Positions 20,187 to 30,249 are shown, counted from the stretch's first letter. The stretch: 64,000 bases of DNA from an uncultured Gammaproteobacteria bacterium (GCA_964558935.1 CAZLFP010000001.1:147260-211259); one strand, 5' to 3'. Translations and numbers: made by a program. The notes: generated by a model not told the origin, from the sequence alone.

Positions 20187-20257
20187 CTCGGGGACATGGA
20201 TTCGAACCATGGTTACCAGGGCCAGAACCTGGCGTCCTACCACTAGACGATCCCCGA
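20187..20257 (-). tRNA. tRNA-Gln (anticodon CTG), CCA not encoded
   Basis: reverse complement TCGGGGATCGTCTAGTGGTAGGACGCCAGGTTCTGGCCCTGGTAACCATGGTTCGAATCCATGTCCCCGAG; terminator-like hairpin at 20152-20180. Confidence 0.95.
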
Positions 20258-20339
20258 ATACTCAATAACCAACATATCTTGTGTAATTTAACAAAAAAAG
20301 AGCACCTTGTCAATCTACAAGACACCCATCTAAACTGCT

Positions 20340-20660
20340 CTATTCCTTGATGTTGTTGACTAAAACCATAATTTGCTGAGCATGTTTGGCTATGATTTCA
20401 GGATCTCTGAATGACTGAGAAAAATCTTTAAGTTCAGATAGGGCTTTAATGATATCGGCTTTGTTGGGGTTGTCAAAATCAGCTTGAGCTTTGTTAAAAG
20501 CTTTCTTAACAATCTGTTGACAGTAATCTTTGTTTGCCGTCTGGTCTTGATCCAGTCCCACATCTTCGCAATGGGCTTGAAAAAAACATTCCAGTATGGC
20601 GTCCCTGACCATTAAAGGAGTGACAGGCTGATTTGGATCTATTCCAAATACTTTACTCAT
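20340..20660 (-). CDS. hypothetical helical protein
   Basis: 106-aa ORF co-oriented with and just after dnaX. Confidence 0.7.
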   Translation of the reverse strand: MSKVFGIDPNQPVTPLMVRDAILECFFQAHCEDVGLDQDQTANKDYCQQIVKKAFNKAQADFDNPNKADIIKALSELKDFSQSFRDPEIIAKHAQQIMVLVNNIKE

Positions 20661-20675
20661 ACACTTATTAAATAT

Positions 20676-22349
20676 TTAAAACATACTGACTACATCTTGC
20701 ACTGCATCGGTTGGTTTGTCGACTTTTATAACCTGTTCAGTTACAGCTGGTTTAGCTAACTTAATCGTCTCATCTTCTTTAACCTCTAACTCTGGAATGC
20801 CTATATCCGTTTTAACCACGCTTTCAATTATCACTTCCGCTTTCACTGTCTCAGAAATGATTTTTTCAACAATCTCTTGATTTTTGTAATCTGTTAATCT
20901 ATCTTGATAAAATTGACTCTTAACGGCAATTTCCAAAGTCTGACCCTTAACTCTCACCGGTTGACTAATTTTAAGTAAAGCTGACAAGGTGTAGTTTTTT
21001 TCAAGCAGACGAGCAACAATCTCCGGCCAATGTGCTTTTATCTTTTTAATATCGACTAAATTCTCGGGTTTTAATTTACTTTTTTTAGACAGCATATCCA
21101 CCTTGACTGACTCATCCGCTTTAGCCTGACTAACCTCAGAAAATTTAACCGCCAACTCAACCGGTTGGTTGTCTGTTTTAGATTGTTGTTTTAATATACC
21201 TTCACTGTGACCACTGCCACCACCTTTTGGCGTAAAATCGTCATCCTCTTTGCGACATTTAATATTTTGACTGATTAGAACCACTGTCATTTCCAACGGC
21301 AGCTGAGGAATAACAGCAGTTTTTAAATCCTGACTGGTTTGCATGAATAAGTCCAAATAGTTTAAAATTCGAGTATAATCCAGACGCTCTACCAACTTCA
21401 CAGCTCGGGCCTGAGTAGTTTCATCCAACTCAATACTCAGTGAATCTAGAGCTGGATTAATCTTAAGTAGGAGCAACTTACGTAAGAGTTCAATTAGATT
21501 ATCTGTAAAAATCTGTAAGTCAGTCCCCTCATCTATTAATCGGTTAATCAACTCAACCCCAGCCGTCGTATTGCCGGATAGCAAATAATCCAGTAATTCC
21601 AATATCTGACTGTAATCTGACTTTGGCAAAACCAATTCAGCTTGTTCCAAACTGATCTGGTCGCCTAAGGTTAATATTTTACCAAGCAAACTCTCTGCGT
21701 CTCTAACGCAACCCTCGGATTGAGCAATGATATTTTTCAAAACTTCCGTTTCGACTTGCTTTTTTTCTTGTTTGACTAGATAATCCAACCTTTTTAACAT
21801 ATCCGCTGACGAAATTTTTTTTAAATCAAACCTTTGACAACGAGATATGATGGTAGCCGGTAATTTATGGATTTCAGTTGTACATAGGATAAAGATGGCA
21901 TGAGCCGGTGGTTCTTCCAAAGTTTTTAACAACGCATTGAAAGCTGAAACCGACAACATATGAACCTCATCAATGATAAAAACCTTGTATTTAGATACCC
22001 CGGGCGTAAATCTGGAATTTTCAATAATATTCTCCCGAACATTATCTACTCCGGTATGAGAGGCAGCATCTATTTCAATTACATCAACACTACTATTGGT
22101 GTTTATGGCCAAACAAGATTGACATTGGTTGCATGGCTCACTCTCTTCCTGCTTCCGATTCTGGCAATTAATCGCTTTGGCCATTAAGCGAGCTAAAGTG
22201 GTCTTACCCAAACCTCTGGGACCGCAAAACAAATAAGCATGACCGATCTGCTGACGCTCAATTTCATTTTGCAAAGTTATTTTAATATGATTCTGACCAA
22301 TGACCTGTTGAAAGGTTTGCGGTCGGTATCTGCGGTAGAGGGCTGACAT
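20676..22349 (-). CDS. dnaX: DNA polymerase III subunit gamma/tau
   Basis: LYRRYRPQTF, GPRGLGKTT, EIDAAS, IIDEVHML, LLKTLEEPP, ISRCQ; start MSALY at 22349. Confidence 0.96.
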   Translation of the reverse strand: MSALYRRYRPQTFQQVIGQNHIKITLQNEIERQQIGHAYLFCGPRGLGKTTLARLMAKAINCQNRKQEESEPCNQCQSCLAINTNSSVDVIEIDAASHTGVDNVRENIIENSRFTPGVSKYKVFIIDEVHMLSVSAFNALLKTLEEPPAHAIFILCTTEIHKLPATIISRCQRFDLKKISSADMLKRLDYLVKQEKKQVETEVLKNIIAQSEGCVRDAESLLGKILTLGDQISLEQAELVLPKSDYSQILELLDYLLSGNTTAGVELINRLIDEGTDLQIFTDNLIELLRKLLLLKINPALDSLSIELDETTQARAVKLVERLDYTRILNYLDLFMQTSQDLKTAVIPQLPLEMTVVLISQNIKCRKEDDDFTPKGGGSGHSEGILKQQSKTDNQPVELAVKFSEVSQAKADESVKVDMLSKKSKLKPENLVDIKKIKAHWPEIVARLLEKNYTLSALLKISQPVRVKGQTLEIAVKSQFYQDRLTDYKNQEIVEKIISETVKAEVIIESVVKTDIGIPELEVKEDETIKLAKPAVTEQVIKVDKPTDAVQDVVSMF

Positions 22350-22468
22350 ATATGCATTATAATCCAAGAAGAACAAACAAGCAAATTATGAGAAAAGCTG
22401 CTTCAAAACGATCTGAAGCAGCTGATTTTGGGCCAAATCGATGTTGGCCTCCAATAAGGCAGTCCATG

Positions 22469-22696
22469 CTAAACCTCTTGTATGCTGTCTGCCGCCTTCT
22501 GCCACATAGGCAAAGACGTCGCCATGTTTGTCCCTATCACTTGTAGCCAAACGACACCGGGTGCAGCCGGATTGGGTATTTCTTTGACTTGAAACACTCC
22601 ATTCGGTTTTAGGAAATCCCTTTGCCAGGGTTCCTGGTTTGGATTGACAATCACCTCGAGTTCCTGCTTAAGTCTGATTCGATACAGCTTAGCCAT
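22469..22696 (-). CDS. 75-aa orphan protein in mini-cassette
   Basis: AGGAGGTG SD ending 5 nt before ATG 22696; MAKLYRIRLKQELEV... Confidence 0.65.
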   Translation of the reverse strand: MAKLYRIRLKQELEVIVNPNQEPWQRDFLKPNGVFQVKEIPNPAAPGVVWLQVIGTNMATSLPMWQKAADSIQEV

Positions 22697-22770
22697 GACT
22701 TTCACCTCCTCTCAGGCTCTGAGTTGAGTTTGGACACAATGTATCTAAAAAAAGAGACATACTTGCCTCT

Positions 22771-25320
22771 TTAGTTAGAACTGAGATTAGTCTTACGGTC
22801 GACAGGTGCAACCGGATTTCCTCCCAACTGTCCAATCTTGGAGCGCTCAACAATCTGCTGAATGACGTCTCGTCTGGATTGGCCGTATTTTAATCTGGAC
22901 ATTTCTTTGACTGCCGGAATAATGGCGGGGTCGGCAGTATCCGGAAGAGGAAAAGTGTGCATATTGAAAGTATCTGAGGCTGTATTATCTATTAACAGTC
23001 TAATATAAGCGTTAAATTTGTCAATATTCATAACGTCATACTCATTGACTTTTGGCGCTAACTGCTTAGCGATCGTCTCAGCATCATCCACTCCGATTCG
23101 AAAAGAAACAACCGTACCCACATTGCCGAAAATGGCATCTTTAACCTTGGAATCACCACCTTGGGTCAATTGAGCAATATACTGATGAGCCATAATGAGA
23201 TTTAAACGGTATTTTCTGGCTTCAGCCAAAATAATTGAGATACTGTCGGTAATGAAGTTCTGAAACTCATCGATGTAGAGGTAGAAATCATTCCTTTGGT
23301 CTTCAGGTAAATCTGCTCTACCCAAAGCGGCCATTTGCAGTTTGGACACGGCAATTAAACCCAGCAAATTACTATTGGTCTCACCCACTTTACCTTTGGA
23401 TAAGTTCATCAGCAGAATCTTCTTCTCATCCATGACTTTGCGAAAACTAAAACCTGATTTCGGCTGACCAATAATATTCCTCATCAACTCATTTTCCACA
23501 AAACGACCGGTCTTGGAAATCACATAGGATAACATATCTGAAGCCGTACTGCCTTTTTGTGAAGCTTTATATTCTCTTTCCCAAAAATCTCTGACCAACA
23601 AATCTTTAACATGCCTTAATTTTTTGCGACGGTAAATATCGTCCGTAAAAATTCTGGGTAATTCAACCAAAGTACCGGGATCATTGGTATCCGCCATGAG
23701 CGCCAATAAAGCATTACGCATATAATGCTCAAACATCGGTCCGGCCATAGCCGGATCCGGCAATAATTTGTAGAAGATATTAATCATTTCTTGTGCCGCA
23801 AAATCCATTTCATGAGGAGATTTGGCTTCCAACATATTCAAGCCAATCGGTCGTTCCAAATCCGAAGGATCAAATAAAATAACATCATCCAATCTGTCTT
23901 TGGGAATGTGCGGCAAAATATCTTCAACTAAAGAACCATGGGGATCAACCACGCACACGCCTTTGCCGGCCTGAATATCCTGTATGACCAAACTGGCTGT
24001 TAACCAAGATTTACCCGTACCTGTCATGCCAATAATATACATATGACGTCGACGGTCATTATCTTTAATCCTAACTAAAGTTTTTTCTCCTCGATAAAAA
24101 TTCTCTCCCAACAACAAGCCTTCTTCCGGCATATCCACGGGTGGGGGCAGTTTGCGAGATTGCAGCCAGCGAATATTCGGTACTTCCGTACCTGGTATGG
24201 GTAAATGCCATAACGATGTCATTTCTTCGGTATTTAAAACAAAACCCAATTTGTCATCATAGATGCGATAAATGAAATCGGTAATTGTTTTTCTAACAGA
24301 TCCCTTGATGACAGCCCGAAAACCATTGGCATATTCATAATTTGAATACTGAGCAAAAGAATTAATAATGTAATCTAAGTTGTTTTTAGCCTGTTCTTGT
24401 TCCGGAGCAAACGTCACAATTCTGACATTAACATCCATACCGGCTCGAGACGCTTTTTCTTCAATGGATTTAACGGCTTCTTCTTCCATGGGAGAGAGAC
24501 GCTTGGGTTCTTTGGGCTCAGTCGGTTTAACAGAAGTGCCCAGCAGACCCTGAGGTCCGAACAACCAAGCAACCGGGCCTGACTTGGCTCCTGACATAGC
24601 TTCTTTCAAGGACTTGCCCTGGTGAACATCAGATGCCACTTTCACTCCCCTTTGACGCCATTCTTTTTTGGCTGACCTCATCACTACTTGCACAGCAGCC
24701 GCTTGACCATCTGGAATCTTAGATAAACCGGTTAAGAGTGAAGTCAGAGGATCCACTTGCATCTTTTTGTAAGTTAAAATCGGGTACATGCTATGTTTAA
24801 TCAACTGTAAATGCCCGGCAGCAGCTACACCCTTGGGTTTGAAAATGTTGTAATCCGGTACTTGCTCAATCTGGCAGTATGGATATTGAGTTAAAAATTG
24901 TTGACTGATGTAATCTTCCAGATACTCCGGAACGGCAATGTAAAAAGATATTAAATCATCATAGCCTTTGACAATTTCAAATGACCAGTTATCATAACGG
25001 CCGAACAACCAAGTTTTTAAACCTCTCAAGGCTTTCAAGCCTCCCAAATTGGCATAAAAATTTTCAATACCAGATAGAATTTCCTTGGCTTCTTTGTTTT
25101 GGTCACTTTCTTTTAAACTCTGTTTGGGTATGGTTAAACGAAAGACTCTTTTGGAAAAAGTGTTGGGTAAAAAACGTGGGAGTGACAACAGTTTTTTGAT
25201 CACAAACAAAATGGTTAATCCAATAATAAACAAGCTGGCACCAATACCGACAATTAAAACCGCCAGCCAAACATACTCTAAACTTTGACTCACATCTGGT
25301 AATGTATTGAATACCTCCAT
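22771..25320 (-). CDS. VirB4/TraD/HerA-like P-loop ATPase with N-terminal TM (type IV secretion system-associated family typical of CPR)
   Basis: RRRHMYIIGMTGTGKS Walker A, VVDPHG, FYLYIDEFQNF Walker B, EARKYRLNLIMAHQ. Confidence 0.88.
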   Translation of the reverse strand: MEVFNTLPDVSQSLEYVWLAVLIVGIGASLFIIGLTILFVIKKLLSLPRFLPNTFSKRVFRLTIPKQSLKESDQNKEAKEILSGIENFYANLGGLKALRGLKTWLFGRYDNWSFEIVKGYDDLISFYIAVPEYLEDYISQQFLTQYPYCQIEQVPDYNIFKPKGVAAAGHLQLIKHSMYPILTYKKMQVDPLTSLLTGLSKIPDGQAAAVQVVMRSAKKEWRQRGVKVASDVHQGKSLKEAMSGAKSGPVAWLFGPQGLLGTSVKPTEPKEPKRLSPMEEEAVKSIEEKASRAGMDVNVRIVTFAPEQEQAKNNLDYIINSFAQYSNYEYANGFRAVIKGSVRKTITDFIYRIYDDKLGFVLNTEEMTSLWHLPIPGTEVPNIRWLQSRKLPPPVDMPEEGLLLGENFYRGEKTLVRIKDNDRRRHMYIIGMTGTGKSWLTASLVIQDIQAGKGVCVVDPHGSLVEDILPHIPKDRLDDVILFDPSDLERPIGLNMLEAKSPHEMDFAAQEMINIFYKLLPDPAMAGPMFEHYMRNALLALMADTNDPGTLVELPRIFTDDIYRRKKLRHVKDLLVRDFWEREYKASQKGSTASDMLSYVISKTGRFVENELMRNIIGQPKSGFSFRKVMDEKKILLMNLSKGKVGETNSNLLGLIAVSKLQMAALGRADLPEDQRNDFYLYIDEFQNFITDSISIILAEARKYRLNLIMAHQYIAQLTQGGDSKVKDAIFGNVGTVVSFRIGVDDAETIAKQLAPKVNEYDVMNIDKFNAYIRLLIDNTASDTFNMHTFPLPDTADPAIIPAVKEMSRLKYGQSRRDVIQQIVERSKIGQLGGNPVAPVDRKTNLSSN

Positions 25321-25321
25321 A

Positions 25322-25829
25322 TTATTTTACCAATTTATTGTCTTCTTTTTTGGGTTTAAACTTCAAAATAATCTCGTCGGCTTTGTTTTTAGCCGTTTTT
25401 TCAATAAAAAACTCGTTGACAGGTGCTACCTGTAACCAGCTTTTGATTAACTGTATTAAATCGCTATGCTTAAACATCTTATTTAGATAATAAATCTAAA
25501 ATCTTTCTGGCAGTTTCTTCGCCTTTTATCTTAAATTGCATTTGCTGATTAGGGGTTAAGGAAGCAAACAAATCCTCTAGACCGGCTGACAAAATATCTT
25601 CAATTTGTTTCAATGTGTCATTTTTTTCCTTAACTTCAGCTTGTGTTTCAATTGTTGACTTCTTGTCCAAAAACTTAAGCACTTCAGCCTGGATTGCAGC
25701 AGTTGGCACCTCTTCCGGGGATGGAGCTGGCGCATATTCCTGGCCAGGCCTTTCTGGCTTAGCCACTGGTTTGACCTCAGCACCAAAACCAACATGAGGC
25801 GATTTTTCAATTGAGATATCCTCAGGCAT
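25322..25829 (-). pseudogene. conserved CPR hypothetical gene split by a frameshift/stop at about 25480
   Basis: ORF 25829-25479 ends ...FKIKGEETARKILDLLSK*; the +1 frame continues MFKHSDLIQLIKSWLQVAPVNEFFIEKTAKNKADEII... to stop 25322. Confidence 0.6.
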
Positions 25830-25907
25830 ATTTAATTCATTTATTTATTTCATTATACCACATTTTTTTCTTTTGTGTTATAATATACTAAAAGATAAAA
25901 AGTTTTC

Positions 25908-26849
25908 ATGACTAAAAACATTGTGACAGTCAAATCAGCTAAGAAAAATCTGACTTGGGTTAATATTGTCAATGCTCAAAAGGACGAAATAGATTACTTA
26001 CGACGCAAATTCAAATTCAATGATTTAGACTTGGAAGACTCATACGCCAAAGCCTATTCACAAAGGCCCAAATTTAATCTCCGCAGTAATTATTGCTTTC
26101 TTATCCTGCAGTTTCCGGTGTATGACCGCATGACAAAATCCATTAAACCAGAGGAAATAGACTTCTTCATTTCCAAGAACCAAATCATTACCATCCATAA
26201 CAGCAAATTAAAACCACTGGCTGAACTTTTTAATCTTTGCGCCAGTGATGAATTCTACCGCAGTCAGTATTTAAACGACAACAATGCAGCATTACTCTAT
26301 GAGATTATTATTCGTCTCCAGGAATATTGCTATCCGCTTCTGGATAGGTTAAGTATTGACATTAAAAGCATAGAAAGGAATATCTTTGCCGGCTATGAAC
26401 GCAGAATGGTGACAGAAATCCTGTATGTTAAAAGAAATCTGCTTAATTTTAGAAAAATAATGGAAGCTCATCGCAATGTAATACTTAAAATCAGTCGAGA
26501 TAAAGTCAAATTTTTACCGGTTAATAAGCTAAAAATCTACTACAACGAGCTTTTGGAGCATACTAAAAATATTTGGGAAATTCTAGAAGGTCAAAAAGAA
26601 ATGATTGAAGCGATTGAAAATACCAATACCACACTCGTTTCCTTCAAATTGAATGATGTGATGCGCATTCTAACGATCTTTTCAGTAATTGTTTTCCCAT
26701 TAACCTTAGTGGCTGCCATTTTTGGCATGAATACCACAGACAGCATGCCTTTTGTGAATAATCCATATGGTTTTTGGATAATAATGGCCATTATGCTGGT
26801 GGCTACTTTTTTTATGTTTCTGTTCTTCAAGAAAAAAAAATGGTTATAG
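25908..26849 (+). CDS. corA: CorA-family magnesium/cobalt transporter
   Basis: LNDVMRILT, FGMN signature, two C-terminal TM helices, FKKKKWL end. Confidence 0.93.
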   Translation: MTKNIVTVKSAKKNLTWVNIVNAQKDEIDYLRRKFKFNDLDLEDSYAKAYSQRPKFNLRSNYCFLILQFPVYDRMTKSIKPEEIDFFISKNQIITIHNSKLKPLAELFNLCASDEFYRSQYLNDNNAALLYEIIIRLQEYCYPLLDRLSIDIKSIERNIFAGYERRMVTEILYVKRNLLNFRKIMEAHRNVILKISRDKVKFLPVNKLKIYYNELLEHTKNIWEILEGQKEMIEAIENTNTTLVSFKLNDVMRILTIFSVIVFPLTLVAAIFGMNTTDSMPFVNNPYGFWIIMAIMLVATFFMFLFFKKKKWL

Positions 26850-26914
26850 AAAACAGCCTTTCAGGCTGTTTTTTGATCACAAATGGAAAGGCACATCACT
26901 TTTAGCGATGTGCC
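26850..26914. terminator. bidirectional terminator plus mini-gene terminator
   Basis: AAAACAGCCT-ttc-AGGCTGTTTT (26850-26872); GGCACATC...GATGTGCC (26890-26914). Confidence 0.7.
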
Positions 26915-26933
26915 GATTGTTTTTCAATTGGCG

Positions 26934-27089
26934 CTACATAACGTGAATGCACGTTCCAGGCTCTTCCCGGAACATGATCACAGTGCAGTCCATAATCAGT
27001 TCTCGAAAGACTTTGAGAGCTTTCATGAAGCTATCAAAAGTACCTTCGAACTCAACCAACTCTGCATCATACCCCTTGACCGTGTACAT
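26934..27089 (-). CDS. 51-aa orphan protein (not in ORF track)
   Basis: MYTVKGYDAELVEFEGTFDSFMKALKVFRELIMDCTVIMFREEPGTCIHVM; GGAGGT SD; perfect upstream promoter; downstream terminator. Confidence 0.7.
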   Translation of the reverse strand: MYTVKGYDAELVEFEGTFDSFMKALKVFRELIMDCTVIMFREEPGTCIHVM

Positions 27090-27140
27090 TTTATACCTCC
27101 GTCGTTGTGATAAATGTTTTCTGAACTAAACACTTTATGT

Positions 27141-27169
27141 ATTATATCATATTTATTATATTTTGTCAA
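27141..27169 (-). promoter_or_regulatory. consensus sigma70 promoter
   Basis: TTGACA, 17 nt spacer, TGa-TATAAT on the minus strand. Confidence 0.75.
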
Positions 27170-28103
27170 TATTAGCTACAATAACCTTAATATCCTGTAT
27201 TTTTTCAACTTTAACTAGCTCAGATCTTAATGTCTTAGCTCCCGGAAAGCCTGAGACATACCACAGCAGATGTTTTCTAAGTTCTACCAAACCATGACTT
27301 CCCTTAGCCTTAAAAGCTAACTTAGCATGTTCTAGGATAACTTTCTTTAGCATTTGTTTATTCATATCTTCAAAACTATCTTTCTTTAAATAGTCTTTTA
27401 TTTGTTTAAACAGATATGGCTTACCGTATACTCCTCTTGCTAAACCAATCCCATCTACACCTGTCTCTAGCATTTTTTTAGCATCTTCTGGTGACTTGAT
27501 TCCCCCATTGCCTAATACAATGCCATTGAACTTTTCTTTCACTTGCTTAATCATGTCATAATCTATGGGGCTGGTAAAAGGATTTTTAAAATATCTACCG
27601 TGTATCATTAAGGTGGAAACATCTAAATCCTTTATCTTATCTACAAAATCCAAAGCTGTTACCGTATCTATACCGGCTCTAATTTTAACAGACACCGGTA
27701 ACTTAGTGCCTTGAAGTACAGATTCGATGATCCGATAACAGTTATCTAAATCCCTCATCAGAGTAACTCCTCCACCATGAGCCACCACTTTTTTAGCCGG
27801 ACATCCAAAATTAATGTCTAGACCATCAAAACCATGCTTGGTGACTACTTGTGCTGCTTTTGTAAAAACTTCTGGTTTTTTTCCAAATAATTGGACTACG
27901 ACCGGTTTTTCTTTTTTAGAAAACTGAAGTAGTTCTAAGGTTTTCTTAGAATCATAATACAATCCATCTGCCGAGACCATTTCAGTATATACCACATCTG
28001 CTCCATACTGACGACACAGTTCACGAAAAGCAGAATCAGTTACGCCCGCCATAGGGGCGAGCGCTAAGATGGGCTGTTTAATTTTATGCCAGAAGTTTTT
28101 CAT
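27156..28103 (-). CDS. dusB: tRNA-dihydrouridine synthase
   Basis: LAPMAGVTD, TEMVS, DINFGCP, IHGR, GNGGI. Confidence 0.92.
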   Translation of the reverse strand: MKNFWHKIKQPILALAPMAGVTDSAFRELCRQYGADVVYTEMVSADGLYYDSKKTLELLQFSKKEKPVVVQLFGKKPEVFTKAAQVVTKHGFDGLDINFGCPAKKVVAHGGGVTLMRDLDNCYRIIESVLQGTKLPVSVKIRAGIDTVTALDFVDKIKDLDVSTLMIHGRYFKNPFTSPIDYDMIKQVKEKFNGIVLGNGGIKSPEDAKKMLETGVDGIGLARGVYGKPYLFKQIKDYLKKDSFEDMNKQMLKKVILEHAKLAFKAKGSHGLVELRKHLLWYVSGFPGAKTLRSELVKVEKIQDIKVIVANIDKI

Positions 28104-28606
28104 TAGTAGAAAATAAAGAAGTTAACCATATGCAATATTAATCCAATGACTATTATTACATAGTAATATATATGCTTGATTCTTACATATTTATATCGAC
28201 GTACGTAAATATTAAACATGTAAAAAGCATATAATATGGCTATGGGTACATACAAAATAATGGGAAAAGATATACCCGCAGCATAGTAGAACGGCATCTG
28301 AATAAAGTCTATAAATAATGCTATAAAGAAAGGTATAGCAATAATATTCCCAAATGTTTTTAAAGCAAAAACATAATTCTGTTTCTCAAATCCTTGAGCA
28401 AAATATTTAGCCAGTGTGTAGGCAACACTCAAAAAAAAGAAAGATAATAAAGGATAACCAAGTAAAATAAAAACGCCCATACCTTGTTGGGCATCAGAAG
28501 TTATTGAAGTTAAAAAAGCTGCAAACATAAGGACAATACCAAACAAAACCACATAGATACCAAATCTAAGTCCAGATAATTTGAATAACTTGTCTAATAA
28601 TTTCAC
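28103..28606 (-). CDS. membrane hypothetical protein
   Basis: about 5 hydrophobic segments; coupled between cysS and dus. Confidence 0.7.
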   Translation of the reverse strand: MKLLDKLFKLSGLRFGIYVVLFGIVLMFAAFLTSITSDAQQGMGVFILLGYPLLSFFFLSVAYTLAKYFAQGFEKQNYVFALKTFGNIIAIPFFIALFIDFIQMPFYYAAGISFPIILYVPIAILYAFYMFNIYVRRYKYVRIKHIYYYVIIVIGLILHMVNFFIFY

Positions 28607-28612
28607 AAAATT

Positions 28613-30004
28613 TTATTTACTTTTTAAATTATACCCTTCTTTAGTATCTTCAATTACATATCCTGCCTTATCTATCTCAGCTCTTAACTTATCTGACAGC
28701 TCATAGTCTTTATTTTGCTTAGCTTTTAATCTATCCTCTGCTAATTCAATTACCTCTTCAGGTATTTTTTCTTCCTGATCCAAATCTAAGCCAAATACTT
28801 TGTCCATATCTAAGATGGTAGCTTTAATATCTTCATGTTTAACATCTGACTTTAACAAATCCCACATCACAGCTAAAGCTTGAGGAATATTAAAATCATC
28901 TTCTAGAGCTGAAACAAACTTTTCTTTCCACTCTCGGTTAACCTTGCCTACTTTAGATATACTAGCTAATTTATTCTTTAAACTAGTGTAAGCACTACTA
29001 GCAGATTCAAGAGCTTCCCAAGTAAAGTTTTGTTTAGATCTGTAATGTGCTCCTAAGTAAAAATATCTTAAAACCAAAGGATCATAGCCTCTATCTCGAA
29101 TTTCTTCCAAAGAATAACCAGTTCCTAAAGATTTAGACATTTTGCCACCATCCACAGTTAGATGTTCGTTGTGTAGCCAATAGTTGGTAAAAGGTTTACC
29201 GGTAGCTGCTTCAGATTGAGCTATTTCATTCGTATGATGAACTGGAATATGCTCTACACCACCCATATGAATATCTAAGGTGTCTCCCAAATACTTTTGA
29301 CTCATTGCAGAACACTCTATATGCCAACCAGGAAATCCTTCTTCAACAGATTGCTTAATACCCTTAAACTGATGACTCCAGGTTTGTAGAGCATTCTTAT
29401 GTTTACCAGCTTTAAAAAACCAAACAGCAAAGTCAGCGGCATGTCTTTTACCTGGATCCCCTACTTCACCTTTACCAGCTGCAGATATATTCTTTTCCAA
29501 ATCCTGTTTGTTTAATTTAGTGTATCCGTCAAATTTAGAGATATCGAAATAGATGGCTAGATCTGTCGCGTAAGCATATCCCTTGTCTATTAAAGTCTGA
29601 ACCATGCTCTGCATCTCTTTAACATGTTCAGTCGCTTTTGGTTGTTTATATGGAGTAAGGACATTTAAATCTTTAACATCTTTCTCATAAATATTTATGT
29701 ACTTATGAGCAATCTCCTCAGGATTCATTTTTGCCTGCTTAGCACTCTTTTCCATCTTATCCTCACCCTCATCACTGTCTGATGTAAGATGGCCCACATC
29801 CGTATAATTTCGAACCAATTTAACTTCGTATCCTATATAGTCCAGGGATCTATGGATTAAATCCGCCAGCACCACTGCTCTTAAATTGCCGATGTGTTGT
29901 GTCCAATACACAGTCGGACCGCAATGATAAAAACCAACTTGTTTATCCTTAAGCGGTTTGAAGTCTTGTTTTTTCTTGTCTAATGTATTGTAAATCTTGA
30001 GCAT
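28613..30004 (-). CDS. cysS: cysteine--tRNA ligase
   Basis: CGPTVY, HIGN, PGWHIECSAM, HHTNE, KMSKS. Confidence 0.97.
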   Translation of the reverse strand: MLKIYNTLDKKKQDFKPLKDKQVGFYHCGPTVYWTQHIGNLRAVVLADLIHRSLDYIGYEVKLVRNYTDVGHLTSDSDEGEDKMEKSAKQAKMNPEEIAHKYINIYEKDVKDLNVLTPYKQPKATEHVKEMQSMVQTLIDKGYAYATDLAIYFDISKFDGYTKLNKQDLEKNISAAGKGEVGDPGKRHAADFAVWFFKAGKHKNALQTWSHQFKGIKQSVEEGFPGWHIECSAMSQKYLGDTLDIHMGGVEHIPVHHTNEIAQSEAATGKPFTNYWLHNEHLTVDGGKMSKSLGTGYSLEEIRDRGYDPLVLRYFYLGAHYRSKQNFTWEALESASSAYTSLKNKLASISKVGKVNREWKEKFVSALEDDFNIPQALAVMWDLLKSDVKHEDIKATILDMDKVFGLDLDQEEKIPEEVIELAEDRLKAKQNKDYELSDKLRAEIDKAGYVIEDTKEGYNLKSK

Positions 30005-30044
30005 ATCTAAATTTTACAAGGAAAATCTGTTTTTTACAAGTTAA

Positions 30045-30073
30045 AAGCCGGAACTACCTCAGTAATTCCGGCT
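30045..30073 (-). terminator. intrinsic terminator of zinc-ribbon mini-operon
   Basis: minus strand AGCCGGAATTAC-tgag-GTAGTTCCGGCT-TTT. Confidence 0.7.
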
Positions 30074-30078
30074 AAACA

Positions 30079-30249
30079 TCATGATTTGTCGAAAATCATG
30101 ACCTTACCCTGAAACAAACCCCAGCGCAGTCCACACTCTGGACAGAGATATGTCCGGCCTGAGCAAAGCTGTTTGGTCAGCAACCGGCCACAGTTGCACT
30201 CCAGCCAGCTTTCCACTTCCTCCCGTAAACAAACACTCTTACTCGGCAT
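30079..30249 (-). CDS. 56-aa zinc-ribbon-like orphan protein (not in ORF track)
   Basis: MPSKSVCLREEVESWLECNCGRLLTKQLCSGRTYLCPECGLRWGLFQGKVMIFDKS; CxC...CPEC; AAGGGAG SD; overlaps upstream stop. Confidence 0.7.
   Translation of the reverse strand: MPSKSVCLREEVESWLECNCGRLLTKQLCSGRTYLCPECGLRWGLFQGKVMIFDKS

Noticed and set aside
21075-21092. A7 run in dnaX near codon 420 as a gamma/tau frameshift site
   Set aside because: It reads TCT AAA AAA AGT, not the A AAA AAG phase; no clear downstream stem; A-runs are common in this genome.
26883-27129. + strand ORFs of 75 and 60 aa
   Set aside because: Promoter, SD and terminator all support the minus-strand 51-aa ORF instead.
27156-30004. dus-membrane-cysS block as a foreign island
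   Set aside because: Slightly more AT-rich by eye, but no boundaries or mobility genes; cannot be supported without codon-usage or phylogenetic analysis.
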